In this document: one piece after another, positions 1 to 13,900 of the stretch
Position numbering within the stretch: the stretch's first letter is position 1
How the letters are laid out: every line of letters begins with the position of its first letter
Assembly: GCF_006345805.1 (NCBI RefSeq)
Contig: NC_042999.1
Coordinates: 150,970,001-151,034,000, forward strand
Origin: Octopus sinensis
Lineage: Eukaryota
Length of the DNA: 64,000 bases
Direction: 5' to 3'
Made by a program: the position numbers and the translations under genes
The notes under the pieces: generated by a model
Seen by the model: the letters and a program-made list of their open reading frames with translations, nothing else
What the model was told of the DNA's origin: nothing
Databases searched by the model: none

Positions 1-1396
1 TGACCATGTGAGTCCTATGACCAGAGAAACAACAACAGCAATAACAGCAAAAATATTTAAGGCTAAGTTTGTACAAATGTGAATACAATCCAAATTGATA
101 TAAAGGAGTGCAAACTAGTTATAAAGACAAGTTACACTTGACTTTATATTTCAGTGTTAATGAAGATGGCCTCGTTATGAAACTGAAGGCAATGAAGAGA
201 TTTTGGACAAAGAATTAGATCCAGTGGTTGGTTGTTTGTGACTGAGGGTTTTGGCGATTGCATAAGAAGATGGAATTTTTTATTTTTATTTAATTTATTT
301 ACCATTCCACAGTTCTTCATTTTTAACCTTGCCTACAATGTTCTGCATAGTGGTTGTGGTGGTGGGGTAAGGATGATAACAGTGGTGGCCGTAGGGGTTG
401 TTTGAGGATGGTGATGGTGGTGGTGGTGGACTAAGCTGCTACTGTCACTGTACCACCGCTGCCGTTGCCGCCATCATCAACACCATCACCACCACCACCA
501 CCACCACCACCATCATCATCGTCACCACCATCGCCATCAACACCTGAAAACATGATATTGTTTTTGCTGTCTTCAATGAGATTGTTTAAGCAAACAAACA
601 AAATAAACAAATACATAAATATACAGAAAGTGTGTGTGTTTGTTTGTGTGTGTGTGGAATGGGGTAGATGAACTAAATGAGAAGGGGAGAAAGCCTTGGT
701 ATTTGTGGTTGTCCTGTTTATGTAACTATCTGACTGATCAACCTTATTTCTGATTTTGTTTACTCAGCTTTCCACAGGGATCTTTCCATGGTTTAATGAT
801 GGTGGTGCGATGGTGGTGGTGTTGTTGTTGTTGGTGGTGGTGGTGATGATGTTGGAAATGTTGATGATGATGATGATGATGATGATGTTGGTGATAGTGG
901 TGGTGGTTGCCTTTTTTTTTCTGTGCTTTTTCTAAAACATTTGTTGTATTGGCTCTTGTAAATACATTTGTAAGATCTTGTTATTTCTGGGCGGGTGTTT
1001 GATTTCTCCATGTGTGTGTGTGTATGTGGTTAGGGTCAGTAGTCAAGCAGTCAAGGGGTGGTGGCATCATCTAGATCAAATTACCAGCCACAGTTGTTGC
1101 AAAGGGTTCAAATTAAAACGGCTCACTACAACACCTGTCTGTCACTTTATCAGGACAAAATCTCCATAAGCTTGTTTGGCAAATCAGAAAGAAAAGATTT
1201 TTAAAAAGTAAAGTAAAATAAAACTGAGAACTTATTCAAATTAATTTTGCTGTTCAACTGTCATGGCTATGTGATAAGAAGTTAGCTTCCCAGCCACAGT
1301 GAAACCTTAGGCAATGGTCTTCTACTATAATCCCAGGCCAATCAAAGCCTTGTGAGTGGATTTGAGTGATGGAAACTGAAAGAAGCCCATTGTATG

Positions 1397-1453
<57 letters not shown>

Positions 1454-1895
1454 CCCATCCACACATGCAAGCGCACACACACACACACACACCCATCACA
1501 CACCCATCACACACTTTCTGTATATTTTGTCATTGTATTCACTGCGGTGTTTATTTTGACCATATCACACGGGCAGCTGTTAAGCGTGCATTTTAAGCTG
1601 GTCGTGTGCATACATGCATATATATGTATGTATGGGCATTCGTGTATGTAAGTATAACATATGTTCCATATATATATATATCTGTATTTATGTGCTTATC
1701 TGGTATATTCAACTGATGAAGGCAGAGCTTCTCCTATGCAAAGTCAGAAATCCAGGATCTTGAATTATCCAGAAAAATCTTTTTGTAGTTTATTTTGTCT
1801 ATCTCTCCTAGTGCTATATGAACATTTGATGTGGCCTTAGGGTCAGGGTTTTGACTGCTTTTCAGCATCGTGGTATTTCTCAGATACCCTAATTT

Positions 1896-1958
<63 letters not shown>

Positions 1959-2422
1959 GTATGTTAATTGATGATGATGATGATAATAAAAATAAATGAG
2001 TAGCAGATGTTACACATTTATATTTTACTCACCTACCCTGGAATCTGCACTTCGGATGTATTTGGAAAGCATCTTTATATAAAGTACGTCTGAACAAATA
2101 AGAGCAGACTTATTCACTAAGTTGGATCATGCCATCTGCATACACTGGAAGAATAATTGGTGCAGAAAATTCTATGTAGTGTTTGATATTCACCTAATAT
2201 TATCTGAGTGTGTAAATTAGTTCGTCCTAACAAGGTGCCTCAATTAAAGCACCTAATTCAACTGAATCTAAATTACATGGGGAGTAGACAGACAGCCGAC
2301 AACTGATGAAGGGTCATTCTTTGTATTACTTGTCCTTTTTATTCTCTTGTTATTTGTATATTTAACTCATTTGTTTTCGTATTTCATGTTGTTTACTGTT
2401 GGTGACGTCCTGTAGCCATATA

Positions 2423-2480
<58 letters not shown>

Positions 2481-2485
2481 CACTT

Positions 2486-2685
2486 TTGTTTCAGTCATAT
2501 GACTGTGGCAGTGCTGGAGCACCACCTATAGTCGAACAAATCAACCCCAGGACTTATTCTTTGTAAGCCCAGTACTTATTCTATCGGTCTCTTTTGCCGA
2601 ATCGCTAAGTTATGAGGACTTAAACACACCAACGTCGGTAGTCAAGCGACAGTGGGAGTACAAACACAGACCCACAAATACACAC

Positions 2686-2718
<33 letters not shown>

Positions 2719-2875
2719 ATGGGCTTCTTTCAGTTTCCGTCAACCAAATCCACTCACAAGTCTTTGGTCGGCCCAAAGCTATAGCAGAAGACATTTGCCC
2801 AAGGTGCCTCACAGTGGGACTGAATCTGGAACCATGTGGTTGGTAAACAGGCTACATACCACACAGCCACTCTTG
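2486..2875 (-). mobile_element. SINE family A (tRNA-derived head, internal TA/TG microsatellite)
   Basis: A-box-like tggctgtgtggta, B-box-like ggttcagtccc, shared body and tail gactgaaacaag. Confidence 0.85.
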
Positions 2876-3291
2876 TGTCTATATATATATATACATTATA
2901 CATATATATTTGTGTGTTTGAGAATTGCATTAATTCTTACAAAATGAAACAGAATTAAATACTTATAATAATGGATGAACAGTAATCTTATTCTTTTATC
3001 TCTTTTACAGATACACCACACGCTTATTGGATACAAACTGAAAACTTTGTTCTTTAAAACTAAATCTGTTGCAGTCTACCCTTTACTGTCTTTCCTACCA
3101 TATGTCTCCAGGGAAACATCTTATATTGCCATTCTCCAAGAGGAAATCCATGCATTTTTATGATCCTATTGCAGTCTACTATGACTTGGCTGCCAAAGCA
3201 TGTAGATGTTACAGTTTTGTATGGTATGTATACTGACATTCTAATTCATCTTTATCATACAGAAAATAGAGGGAGTCAGGGGTCATTTAGC

Positions 3292-3729
3292 TTAACCCTT
3301 TCATTACCAACCTGACTGAAACTGGCTCTGGTTCAGTAGTACAAATGTCTTGTTTTCATAAGTTTTGAATTAAAATCATCCACCAAAACTTAGTCACAAT
3401 TAATGATAGCTAAGTTATTTTACTAAATTCTTTGTTATATTTAAAATTGATTAAAAGAAATACAGAGTATCTCAACTGAAATCTGGTAATGAAAGGGTTA
3501 ACAAATGATTAATTTAACCCTTGCGATACCAACCTGGTTGAAACTGCCTGTGGCTTTGTAGTACAAATGTCTTGTTTTCATAAGTTTGGAATTATAATCT
3601 TCCACCAAACCTTACTCACAATTTATGTTCCTAACACTAGCTTAATGATAACTGAGTAGTTTTACTAAATTCTTTGTTATATTTAAAATTATTTGAAAGA
3701 GCATCTCAAAATAAATACAATAATGAAAA
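3292..3729 (+). mobile_element. Tandem pair of piggyBac-like MITEs (~210-230 bp each)
   Basis: TTAA-CCCTT...AAAGGG-TTAA ends on the first copy; second copy follows after a short spacer. Confidence 0.75.
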
Positions 3730-4325
3730 CCTTGTTTTTCAAGTAAAAGAATCTCTTATTCTATTTCCTGCAGAGCTAAAAGACAATTTGGTGACAGGCA
3801 ATGATTAAAAAAAAGCACCGCTGTTTTGCATTCATTTCTATTTTTCATTTATTAAATGCAACATGTGCATGCACACACATGTGCACCATAGGTTTCCATT
3901 TAGTTTCTGTCTACCAATTCCACTCATATCATATTAATTAATTTGAAGCTATTGCAAAAGACATTTGCCCAAGGTGCCAAGCATCTGATAATAAAGATGT
4001 AGAAAATTCATTCTTTGCTATCTTCATTGGATTTGGCACACTGTTGGTTCCAGCTGATCCTATCAACAAAACAGCCTGCTCATGAAACTAGTGTGTTAGT
4101 AGCTGAGCATTCCACAGACACATGTGTAGCCTTAACAGAGTTGTCGGGGAGATTTAATGTGACAAGGCTGGCCCTTTGAAATACAGGTATTATCTGTTTT
4201 TGCCAGCTGAGTGGACTGGAGCAACATGAAATTAAGTGTCTTGCTCAAGGACACAATGTGCTATCAAGAATTGAACTCATGACTTTATGATTGTGAGCTC
4301 AGTACTCTAGCCACTAAGCCATGTG

Positions 4326-4368
<43 letters not shown>

Positions 4369-4439
4369 TCTCACTCACACACACACACTCACATATTTTC
4401 ACCATCACTTCCTCCTCCATAACCCTGTCCATGCAAGCA

Positions 4440-4703
4440 AAAGAGTAAATTGGATCCATAGTAATATTTTAAGGGTCCATGGAAAAATTTTGCTTTCAAT
4501 GTATCAGTTGCAAGATACAGCTGGGATTCTTTCCCTAATGTTTTATTTACTTCAACCTATATAAGCTATGAAAAACAAAATAGGGATTTTGAAAGAAGTA
4601 TCTGTGAAATTAGTTTTTTAATATCAAATGGCTTGGTGTGGGGTTGCTTTAATAAAATAGGAATCAAAGGAGTTCATAGATAAAAAATGGTTGAGAACCA
4701 CTG
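4440..4703. mobile_element. Partial hAT (MER5/Charlie-like) MITE
   Basis: Right end aaaaaatggttgagaaccactg; left end not identified. Confidence 0.55.
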
Positions 4704-5509
4704 GGTCAAATAATGATGATAATGTTGATGATGTTGTGTTGTTGACATGAAAAAGTGACTGAAGATGGATGTAACATAGTTGTGGTGAGGAGACCAGCAT
4801 GTTTCTTGAAGTCATCCTTACTGCTCAGTTGGTACCCCATGGTAATTCCTTCTTCATTACAGCAACTAATTTAGATATTTGTTTGTTTATTCATTTATCT
4901 AATAAGATAGACAACAAGGAATGTAACTGAAGTGACAGTGCCTTGAATGTTTGCATCTCCTTTTGATATACTCATCCCTGCTTCTCCCTCACCCTTATCT
5001 CCTGATAACCTACAGAAATAGGATAGGCCTTGCTCTGATGCTGCACCCAAAGCCTGGATTCTAGCATCTAAAGTGACCTTAAAACATGGGCTAAACCAGC
5101 TAACTGACCTCAACATTTCATTAAATTAAAGAGACATTTGTAACATTTTTCTTTTCTTAAATGTTGTTTAGTGCTTTAGATCACGTTTAGTCGTGGCCAT
5201 GCTGGATTACTGCCTCTAATAGTTTTTGTATATTTTTTATTTTATTTTATTTTATTTTATTTCTTCCTTGTTGTTTTCTCTTTATGACAAACAGTCTGGT
5301 TTTAAACTTTCTACAAATGAGTGTAATTTGAACCATAACTAAAACTGGTTCCTATCTCCTGTTTGGTTCATTTTTTAAAAATTTCTGTTTCTATTCATTC
5401 TTTGAAAATGTGAAGGTTTCTCTTCTAAAATATAAGGAGTCTTACTCGACACTTGTACTTTCACTTGTAGTCACAGACTGCTACAGCAATGTCCTCAAGT
5501 CGTTAATAT

Positions 5510-7865
5510 TGTTGTCATCATCACCACCACCACCACCACCATATTCATCACTATCACCAACATCATAACTGTCGTCATCGCCACCCCCACCATCATCATT
5601 GTCATCATCATTACCACCACCATATTCACCACCACTACCACTACCATCATCATCATCATCATTGTCATCACCACCATCATTGTCATCATCATTACCACCA
5701 CCACCATATTCACCACCACTACCATCATCATCATCATTGTCATCACCACCATCATTGTCATCATCATTACCACCACCATATTCACCACCACTACCACTAC
5801 CATCATCATCATCATCATCATCACCACCATCATTGTCATCATCATTACCACCACCATATTCACCACCACTACCACTACCATCATCATCATCATCATTGTC
5901 ATCACCACCATCATTGTCATCATCATTACCACCACCATATTCACCACCACTACCACTACCATCATCATCATCATCATTGTCATCACCACCATCATTGTCA
6001 TCATCATTACCACCACCATATTCACCACCACTACCACTACCATCATCATCATCATCATTGTCATCACCACCATCATTGTCATCATCATTACCACCACCAT
6101 ATTCACCACCACTACCACTACCATCATCATCATCATCATTGTCATCACCACCATCATTGTCATCATCATTACCACCACCATATTCACTACCACTACCATC
6201 ATCATCATCATTGTCATCATCATTACCACCACCATATTCACCACCACTACCACTACCATCATCATCATCATTGTCATCACCACCATCATTGTCATCATCA
6301 TTACCACCACCATATTCACCACCACTACCATCATCATCATCATTGTCATCACCACCATCATTGTCATCATCATTACCACCACCATATTCACCACCACTAC
6401 CACTACCATCATCATCATCATTGTCATCACCACCATCATTGTCATCATCATTACCACCACCATATTCACCACCACTACCACTACCATCATCATCATCATT
6501 GTCATCACCACCATCATTGTCATCATCATTACCACCACCATATTCACCACCACTACCACTACCATCATCATCATCATTGTCATCACCACCATCATTGTCA
6601 TCATCATTACCACCACCATATTCACCACCACTACCACTACCATCATCATCATCATTGTCATCACCACCATCATTGTCATCATCATTACCACCACCATATT
6701 CACCACCACTACCACTACCATCATCATCATCATTGTCATCACCACCATCATTGTCATCATCATTACCACCACCATATTCACCACCACTACCACTACCATC
6801 ATCATCATCATTGTCATCACCACCATCATTGTCATCATCATTACCACCACCATATTCACCACCACTACCACTACCATCATCATCATCATTGTCATCACCA
6901 CCATCATTGTCATCATCATTACCACCACCATATTCACCACCACTACCACTACCATCATCATCATCATTGTCATCACCACCATCATTGTCATCATCATTAC
7001 CACCACCATATTCACCACCACTACCACTACCATCATCATCATCATTGTCATCACCACCATCATTGTCATCATCATTACCACCACCATATTCACCACCACT
7101 ACCACTACCATCATCATCATCATTGTCATCACCACCATCATTGTCATCATCATTACCACCACCATATTCACCACCACTACCACTACCATCATCATCATCA
7201 TCACCACCATCATTGTCATCATCATTACCACCACCATATTCACCACCACTACCACTACCATCATCATCATCATCATTGTCATCACCACCATCATTGTCAT
7301 CATCATTACCACCACCATATTCACCACCACTACCATCATCATCATCATTGTCATCACCACCATCATTGTCATCATCATTACCACCACCATATTCACCACC
7401 ACTACCACTACCATCATCATCATCATTGTCATCACCACCATCATTGTCATCATCATTACCACCACCATATTCACCACCACTACCACTACCATCATCATCA
7501 TCATTGTCATCACCACCATCATTGTCATCATCATTACCACCACCATATTCACCACCACTACCACTACCATCATCATCATCATTGTCATCACCACCATCAT
7601 TGTCATCATCATTACCACCACCATATTCACCACCACTACCACTACCATCATCATCATCATTGTCATCACCACCATCATTGTCATCATCATTACCACCACC
7701 ATATTCACCACCACTACCACTACCATCATCATCATCATTGTCATCACCACCATCATTGTCATCATCATTACCACCACCATATTCATTACCATAACCATAT
7801 TCACCACCACCACTTCCATCATCATCATCATCACAGCCATCACCATCACTATGATTATCATTATT
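5510..7865. repeat. Minisatellite, ~78-bp unit built from CAT/CAC/TAC triplets, roughly 28 copies
   Basis: Unit ccatattcaccaccactaccactaccatcatcatcatcattgtcatcaccaccatcattgtcatcatcattaccacca. Variants differ by whole triplets. Confidence 0.97.
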
Positions 7866-8751
7866 AATAGTTTCAAATTTTGGCACAAGGCCAGTATTTT
7901 TGAAGGTGAGTGTAAGTGACCGATTAAATATACTACCCAGGTGAGCTGCAACTGGATTAGAACTCAGGACACAGAAAACCAATATAAATACTGTAAGACA
8001 TTTCCTCCAATACTGATATAGCTGTCCACTGCTGTAAATTGGTTCTGAATATACAAGCCCCTAAGAGAATGGAAAACAGATTGGACTGTGTCATGGTTTG
8101 AACTCTTGACATGGGATATCAGAGTAAATCCCATGAGGCACTTTGTCTGGTACCCTCATAACTGAGAATTCCGCCATTTAGGAGACAGAGTTATTTGTAT
8201 TTTTAAGAGGGTGGAGAGAGATATGAAGGAGATTTGACTGTTATTTCCAACAGGATGTGTGATCATATAAAGACCCCCTTGTTGGCCCAGGTGACCCTTG
8301 CCTTGGTGCACAACTTAGAATTCCAGTGACAGGCACTTCATTTATCTAATGTCAGAAATCTAGCTCCCTGAAACCACTTGACTGCCAGTACGGCTCACTC
8401 CCTCTCAGACATCACACTACATTCAGCTACCCACTACATATTTCTCTCTGTATCTCTCTCCCACTTCGGCTGTTTTTCTCTCTCTCTCTCTTCCTCTCAG
8501 CCACTATTCCATGCTTCTCTCAGATAATCATGACACCCCTCAATCACCATATTGTTTGCCCTCCATCCTTCTTTCAACCACCTACCATATATTTGCCTGT
8601 CTGCCCAGATCTCTCTCTCTCTCAGTCTGTCCCTCTCTCTGTCTGTACCTTTCTCTGTCTCTCAGCCACTATCCTGCACAAAATATACTGTCTCACCTAT
8701 TTCAATCACCAACAGCATGTTCTTTTATCCATGATACCATACACATACACA

Positions 8752-8906
8752 TAGGAGCGGCTGTGTGGTAAGTAGCTTGCTTACCAGCCATATAGTTCTG
8801 GGTTCAGTCCCACTGTGTGGCACCTTCGGTGTCTTCTACCATAGCCTCCAGCCGACCAGAGCCTTGTGAGTAGATTTGGTAGACAGAAACTGAAAGAAGC
8901 CCATTG

Positions 8907-8998
<92 letters not shown>

Positions 8999-9342
8999 CG
9001 TGCTCGCTTAACCAGCGGGGGGTGGCGTCATTCGAAGGCTAAAACAATGCGAACGCATTGTGACCAGCGATGTGTAACTACATCTGATGGACTGGTCGGT
9101 CACGTGATGATGACGTGATATATGTATGTGTGTGTGTGTGTCTGTATTGGTTCCCACCACCATCACTTGATAACCGATGTTGGCTTGTTTACATCTCTGT
9201 AACCTAGCGGTTCGGCAAAAGAGACTGATAGAATAAGTACTAGGCTTACAAAGAATAAGTCCTGGTGGGGTTGATTTGTTCGACTGAAGCCAGTGCTCCA
9301 GCCTGGCCGCAGTCAAATGACTGAAGAAAATAAGAGAATAAA
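8752..9342 (+). mobile_element. SINE family A with long (TA)n and an internal 125-bp insert
   Basis: Same consensus as 30443-30825 and 56076-56478. Confidence 0.85.
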
Positions 9343-10384
9343 AAGATACATACACACATGCATACACCCACATGTACTCACATGCATACATGTGCACACA
9401 CTCGCATACCACCTCCGCCACGCTCCACTGCCACTACATACACATACCCCCCACCCACCCACCTCCACTGCGCACAGAGGCCCACATACCTTCAAGCTAT
9501 CACACATGCACGTATACAAAGACAAGCTCATTTTTCTCAATTACAACACATACATAAGCACACACACACACACACACGCATTTATCTCAGCTGTTTACTG
9601 CATCATACTGAGAGTATCCTCCAGTACTTTGTACTGTACACACCCACATACACAGCTATCTCCAGACCACCATCCTCACACACTACCAAGTCAAACACAG
9701 ACGCCCTGCCCCCATGGCCAACTTTATACATCTTTTAAATACCACACAAATGCATCCCTCTCTCAATAACTGTACTACGCAAGCAGACACACACACACTC
9801 TCACAATCATTCATATATGTGCACAGATTCAGATATACACACACGGACACAAATACACATGCACACAAACACACACACACTCGGACACACACACACACAC
9901 CTGCACACACACACACACACACAAATGCACAAGCACACACATACATGAACACAAACACACACATGCACACAAACACACACACATATTCACATGCACACAC
10001 ACACATACTCACACGCACACACATACTCACATGCACACACATGCAAACACGCATACATACAAACACACTCATACATCCTTCCCTCATCTGCTATATGTCA
10101 TACACATGCACACACACACATCCATACACACAAACACATGCACACATCCTTCTCTCTCCCCTGCTGTACTTCATAGGCCCTCTCCCCCCACACATTCTCA
10201 CAAACATTCACATACATATATACAAAAGAAGAGACAGATACACACACCCCACTTTGCCCATACCTATATCATCCCCACCTCACGGCCCTTACCTCATAAT
10301 TACCTCACACCACTCATCTCACATCTATAAATTAACACATGTCTAACTGAATGGCAAGCAACAGCTGACCCCCATCTCTCTCTC

Positions 10385-10611
10385 TTTTATTCTTTTACTT
10401 GTTTCAGTCATTTGACTGCGGCCATGCTGGAGCACCACCTTTAATTGAGCAAATCAACCTCAGGACTTATTCTTTGTAAGCTTAGTACTTATTCTGTCGG
10501 TCTCTTTTTCCGAACCACTAAGTTACAGGGATGTAAAAACACCAGCATTGATTGTCAAGCAATGTTGCGGGGTGGGGGAACAAACATATTTATGTGTGTG
10601 TGTGTATGTGC

Positions 10612-10648
<37 letters not shown>

Positions 10649-10905
10649 ATACTGCCAGATCAAATTGGAGCCTGGTGCAGCCTCCTGGCTTCTCAGACCC
10701 CGGTCAAACCGTCCAACCCATGCTAGCATGGAAAACGAACATTAAACGATGATGATGATGCTGATGATATATATATATATATATATATACGACGAGCTTC
10801 TTTCAGTTTCCGTCTACTCACAAGGCTTCAGTCGGCCCGAGGCTATAGTAGAAGACACTTGTCCAAGATGACACACACAGTGGGACTGAACCCAGAACCA
10901 TGTGG
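10385..10905 (-). mobile_element. SINE family A, interrupted by a family D fragment and by the LINE; head resumes at about 14070-14090
   Basis: gaaccatgtgg at the left junction and ttaccacacagacactcc at the right junction. Confidence 0.85.
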
Positions 10906-13900
10906 CCTCTTACCATCTGGCCTCAGTTAAAGCTGGGCGGGAAAATCGGACCACCTTCCGAACACGCCCAGGCTTACCGTCCGATGTACGTCCGAAGCTA
11001 CGTGTAGTGGCTTCCCTGAATAGGAACTCAGCTCTACAGGAAAGCTTCAGTCTTCGGGAAGATGGACAAATCTGGAGATTTGTCAAGACTGCTGAAACGT
11101 AGAAGAGAGATACCAGCTGGTCTGAGTGCTCTCTACCCACAATAACTAAAAAGACTACAGCAACTCAGGGAAACTAAGCCAGAACAACCTGCCATCCTCT
11201 ACACACCATCATAAACTGCGAGCAGGGTACAAATTGTTGTCCTTAAATGCTCGCAGTTTATGCAACAAAATACATTTGTTCAACGCCTACGTCAGAAGTG
11301 TTGACCCTGACTTCATCACTGTCACGGAAACATGGGCGCATTCCTTACTCTGTGATGGGGTTTTCAACATTACGGGGTACAACCTCTTCCGTAAGGACCG
11401 CACTAACCGCCGTGGTGGTGGTGTGATGGTCTACGTTCGTTCAAATTTTTGGTAATTCCTTGTGCCGATTTGAACGAATCACAAGAAGAAGTTTTTTTCT
11501 GTGACGTGCGTATGACCATGTCAACACTCCTGCTTGGCGTTGTTTATCGTCCCCCAAGTTACCATCGGGACACACAGCTTTGCAATGTCCTCCGAGCTGC
11601 TGCCAGGAAAACAGCCACTTATGTGTTTATTGCAGGCGATTTCAATCATCCTGAGATCGATTGGGAGACCTTCCATTGGCCACAGAGTGCAAACGATTTT
11701 GTTGAGCTTGTGCTGGACTCAAACTGGTCACAAGTAGTCACCTCTCCAACAAGAGGTGACAACACCTTGGACCTGCTCTTCACCACAACTCCTGAAGCGG
11801 TTATCAATTGCACTACGGAGGAACCTCTAGGTGACTCTGATGATGCTATGATCATCGCCAATCTGGCTCTTGTGGGCAACAAAAACCTGAACCATCTCCA
11901 ATCTGCTTCCTTCGATTGGAAGAGAGCAGATTGGAACCTGTACCACACTGAACTACAGCACCCAAACTGGCGTGAATTCTACAACTCTGGAGATGTGAAT
12001 ACTATACTCCAGAGTATCCTGGACTCAATATGGGCAGCATGTGCAGCATCAGTGCCACGTAAACAAAAAAAGAAGAACCGCCCCAAAAGGGCAATTTGGG
12101 AAACTTCAGCGGTCCGACTTGCCAGGAGGGAACGTCGGACTGCTGAACGGGAATACAGGTTGCATAAATCAGACACCAACAGGAAGAAGCGGAATAAATC
12201 CTCCAACCATCTCAAGCAAGTGACAAAAAAAGCAGTGCTTGAATTTGAACAGTGCATAGCAGCCAATCCTGACAGCAAGGTTTTCTGGAAATATGTGCAC
12301 TCAAAGCAGAGACCTCACTCTCCAGTGGGCCCTCTTCGCAACCCTCACACAAACCAGATCACTGACGACCCCAAGGAATGCGCAGAACTCATTGCCGAGT
12401 GCTATGCAAACATATTCACTGTTGAAAGTCAAAATGTACCATCTTCACCATCACTAACAGCAAACTCCATAACAACTATGGAATTTACACCTGCAATGCT
12501 GCGACGTCACCTTCAAAATAAGCGCAACTATGCCTCCCCTGGTCTCGATGGAGTTACATACCTGCTTCTCAAACGTGGCAGGCACTTCCTTTTACACCAG
12601 CTTTCTATTTTCTTCCAGTACTGTCTCAACAATGGTGCTACTCCGGAGCAGTGGAAAACTGCCAGTGTCGTTCCTCTGTTCAAAAAGGGCGACCGCACAT
12701 CACCTGTCAACTATCACCCAGTCAGTCTCACTAGCTGTATTGCAAAACTGATGGAATCGTGTGTCAGAGAAACACTCTGGAACTTCTGGAGCTCTCACAG
12801 TCTCATCCGACCCTCACAATATGGATTTGTCCCTAACTCCAGCTGCAGTGACCAGCTTGTCGAGTTCCTTGAGGACATTACTCAGATTACTGACAGTGGC
12901 TCATGGGTGGATGTTGTCTACCTTGACTTTGCTAAGGCTTTCAACTCTGTGCCACACAAAAGGCTTATGGTGAAACTCTCTGCAATGGGTGTGGGGGATG
13001 ACCTTTTTAACTGGTTGAAATCCTTCATCCTCAGCCGAAAGGAGGTAGTCACAGTTCTAGGACAGCACTCTACACCATATGAGATGTCATCGGGTGTACC
13101 ACAGGGATCTGTCCTTGGTCCCCTCTTGTTTGTGGCATACATTAACGACATAGATGCCAATTTAAAGAATGCCACAGTATTGAAATATGCAGACGACATC
13201 AAGCTGTACCTTGAAATCAAGAGGACAGATCCTGATGTCTACAACTCTTTCCTGCAATCAGACCTAGACACAATGCAGCAATGGATCACAGACTGGCAAC
13301 TGAAACTGTCTGTGGACAAGTGTACCACCATGCATTTTGGGAGAAAAAACCCTGCGTTCACTTACTCCCTCCACAACACTGATATCAAGAAATCCTCTTG
13401 CAAGCGTGACCTAGGCATCACTGTCAGCAGTGATTTGCATTGGTCAAAGCATATCTCTAAGATTGTCAGGAAGGCCGAGGGTGTCTTGGCATCACTCAGC
13501 AGGTCTTTTGTTAGCCGCTCTCCAGCCATCTATTTAAAACTGTATACAGCTATGGTACGACCACACTTGGAATTCGCATCATCAGTTTGGAACCCCTATC
13601 TTGCACAGAACATTGACCTCCTGGAATCTGTCCAGAGACGTGCAACCAAACGCATACCCTCCATCAGACACCTACCATATTCTGAGCGCCTTGTTTCCCT
13701 GGGCATGGATTCACTGAAGCTCCGGCGTTTGGCGACTGACTTGGTAAACACCCACAAAGTTATCAACCACCTCACCAACAACAACACTGAACACCTTTTT
13801 GATCTCCATGTGTCTAACACACGTGGACATGCCTACAAAGTCAGAAAACAATACAGCTCCCATGACTTTCGGAAACATTTTTTCACGCTCAGAGTTGCTG

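Noticed and set aside
155-226. Exon-like block near the window start
   Set aside because: Acceptor plausible but donor weak, no recognisable protein, no partner exon.
2296-2336. Hammerhead candidate gacaa-CTGATGA-aggg...ttgtc
   Set aside because: No GAAA core follows stem II.
5495-7951. 818-aa Met/Val ORF and 731-aa Ser/Pro extensin-like ORF
   Set aside because: Alternative frames of a triplet-built minisatellite; stop-free by composition.
9293-10346. His/Thr-rich and Cys/Val-rich ORFs (also 14694-15204, 37863-38155, 50469-50891, 56749-57501)
   Set aside because: Translations of (CA)n, (TG)n and (TA)n microsatellites.
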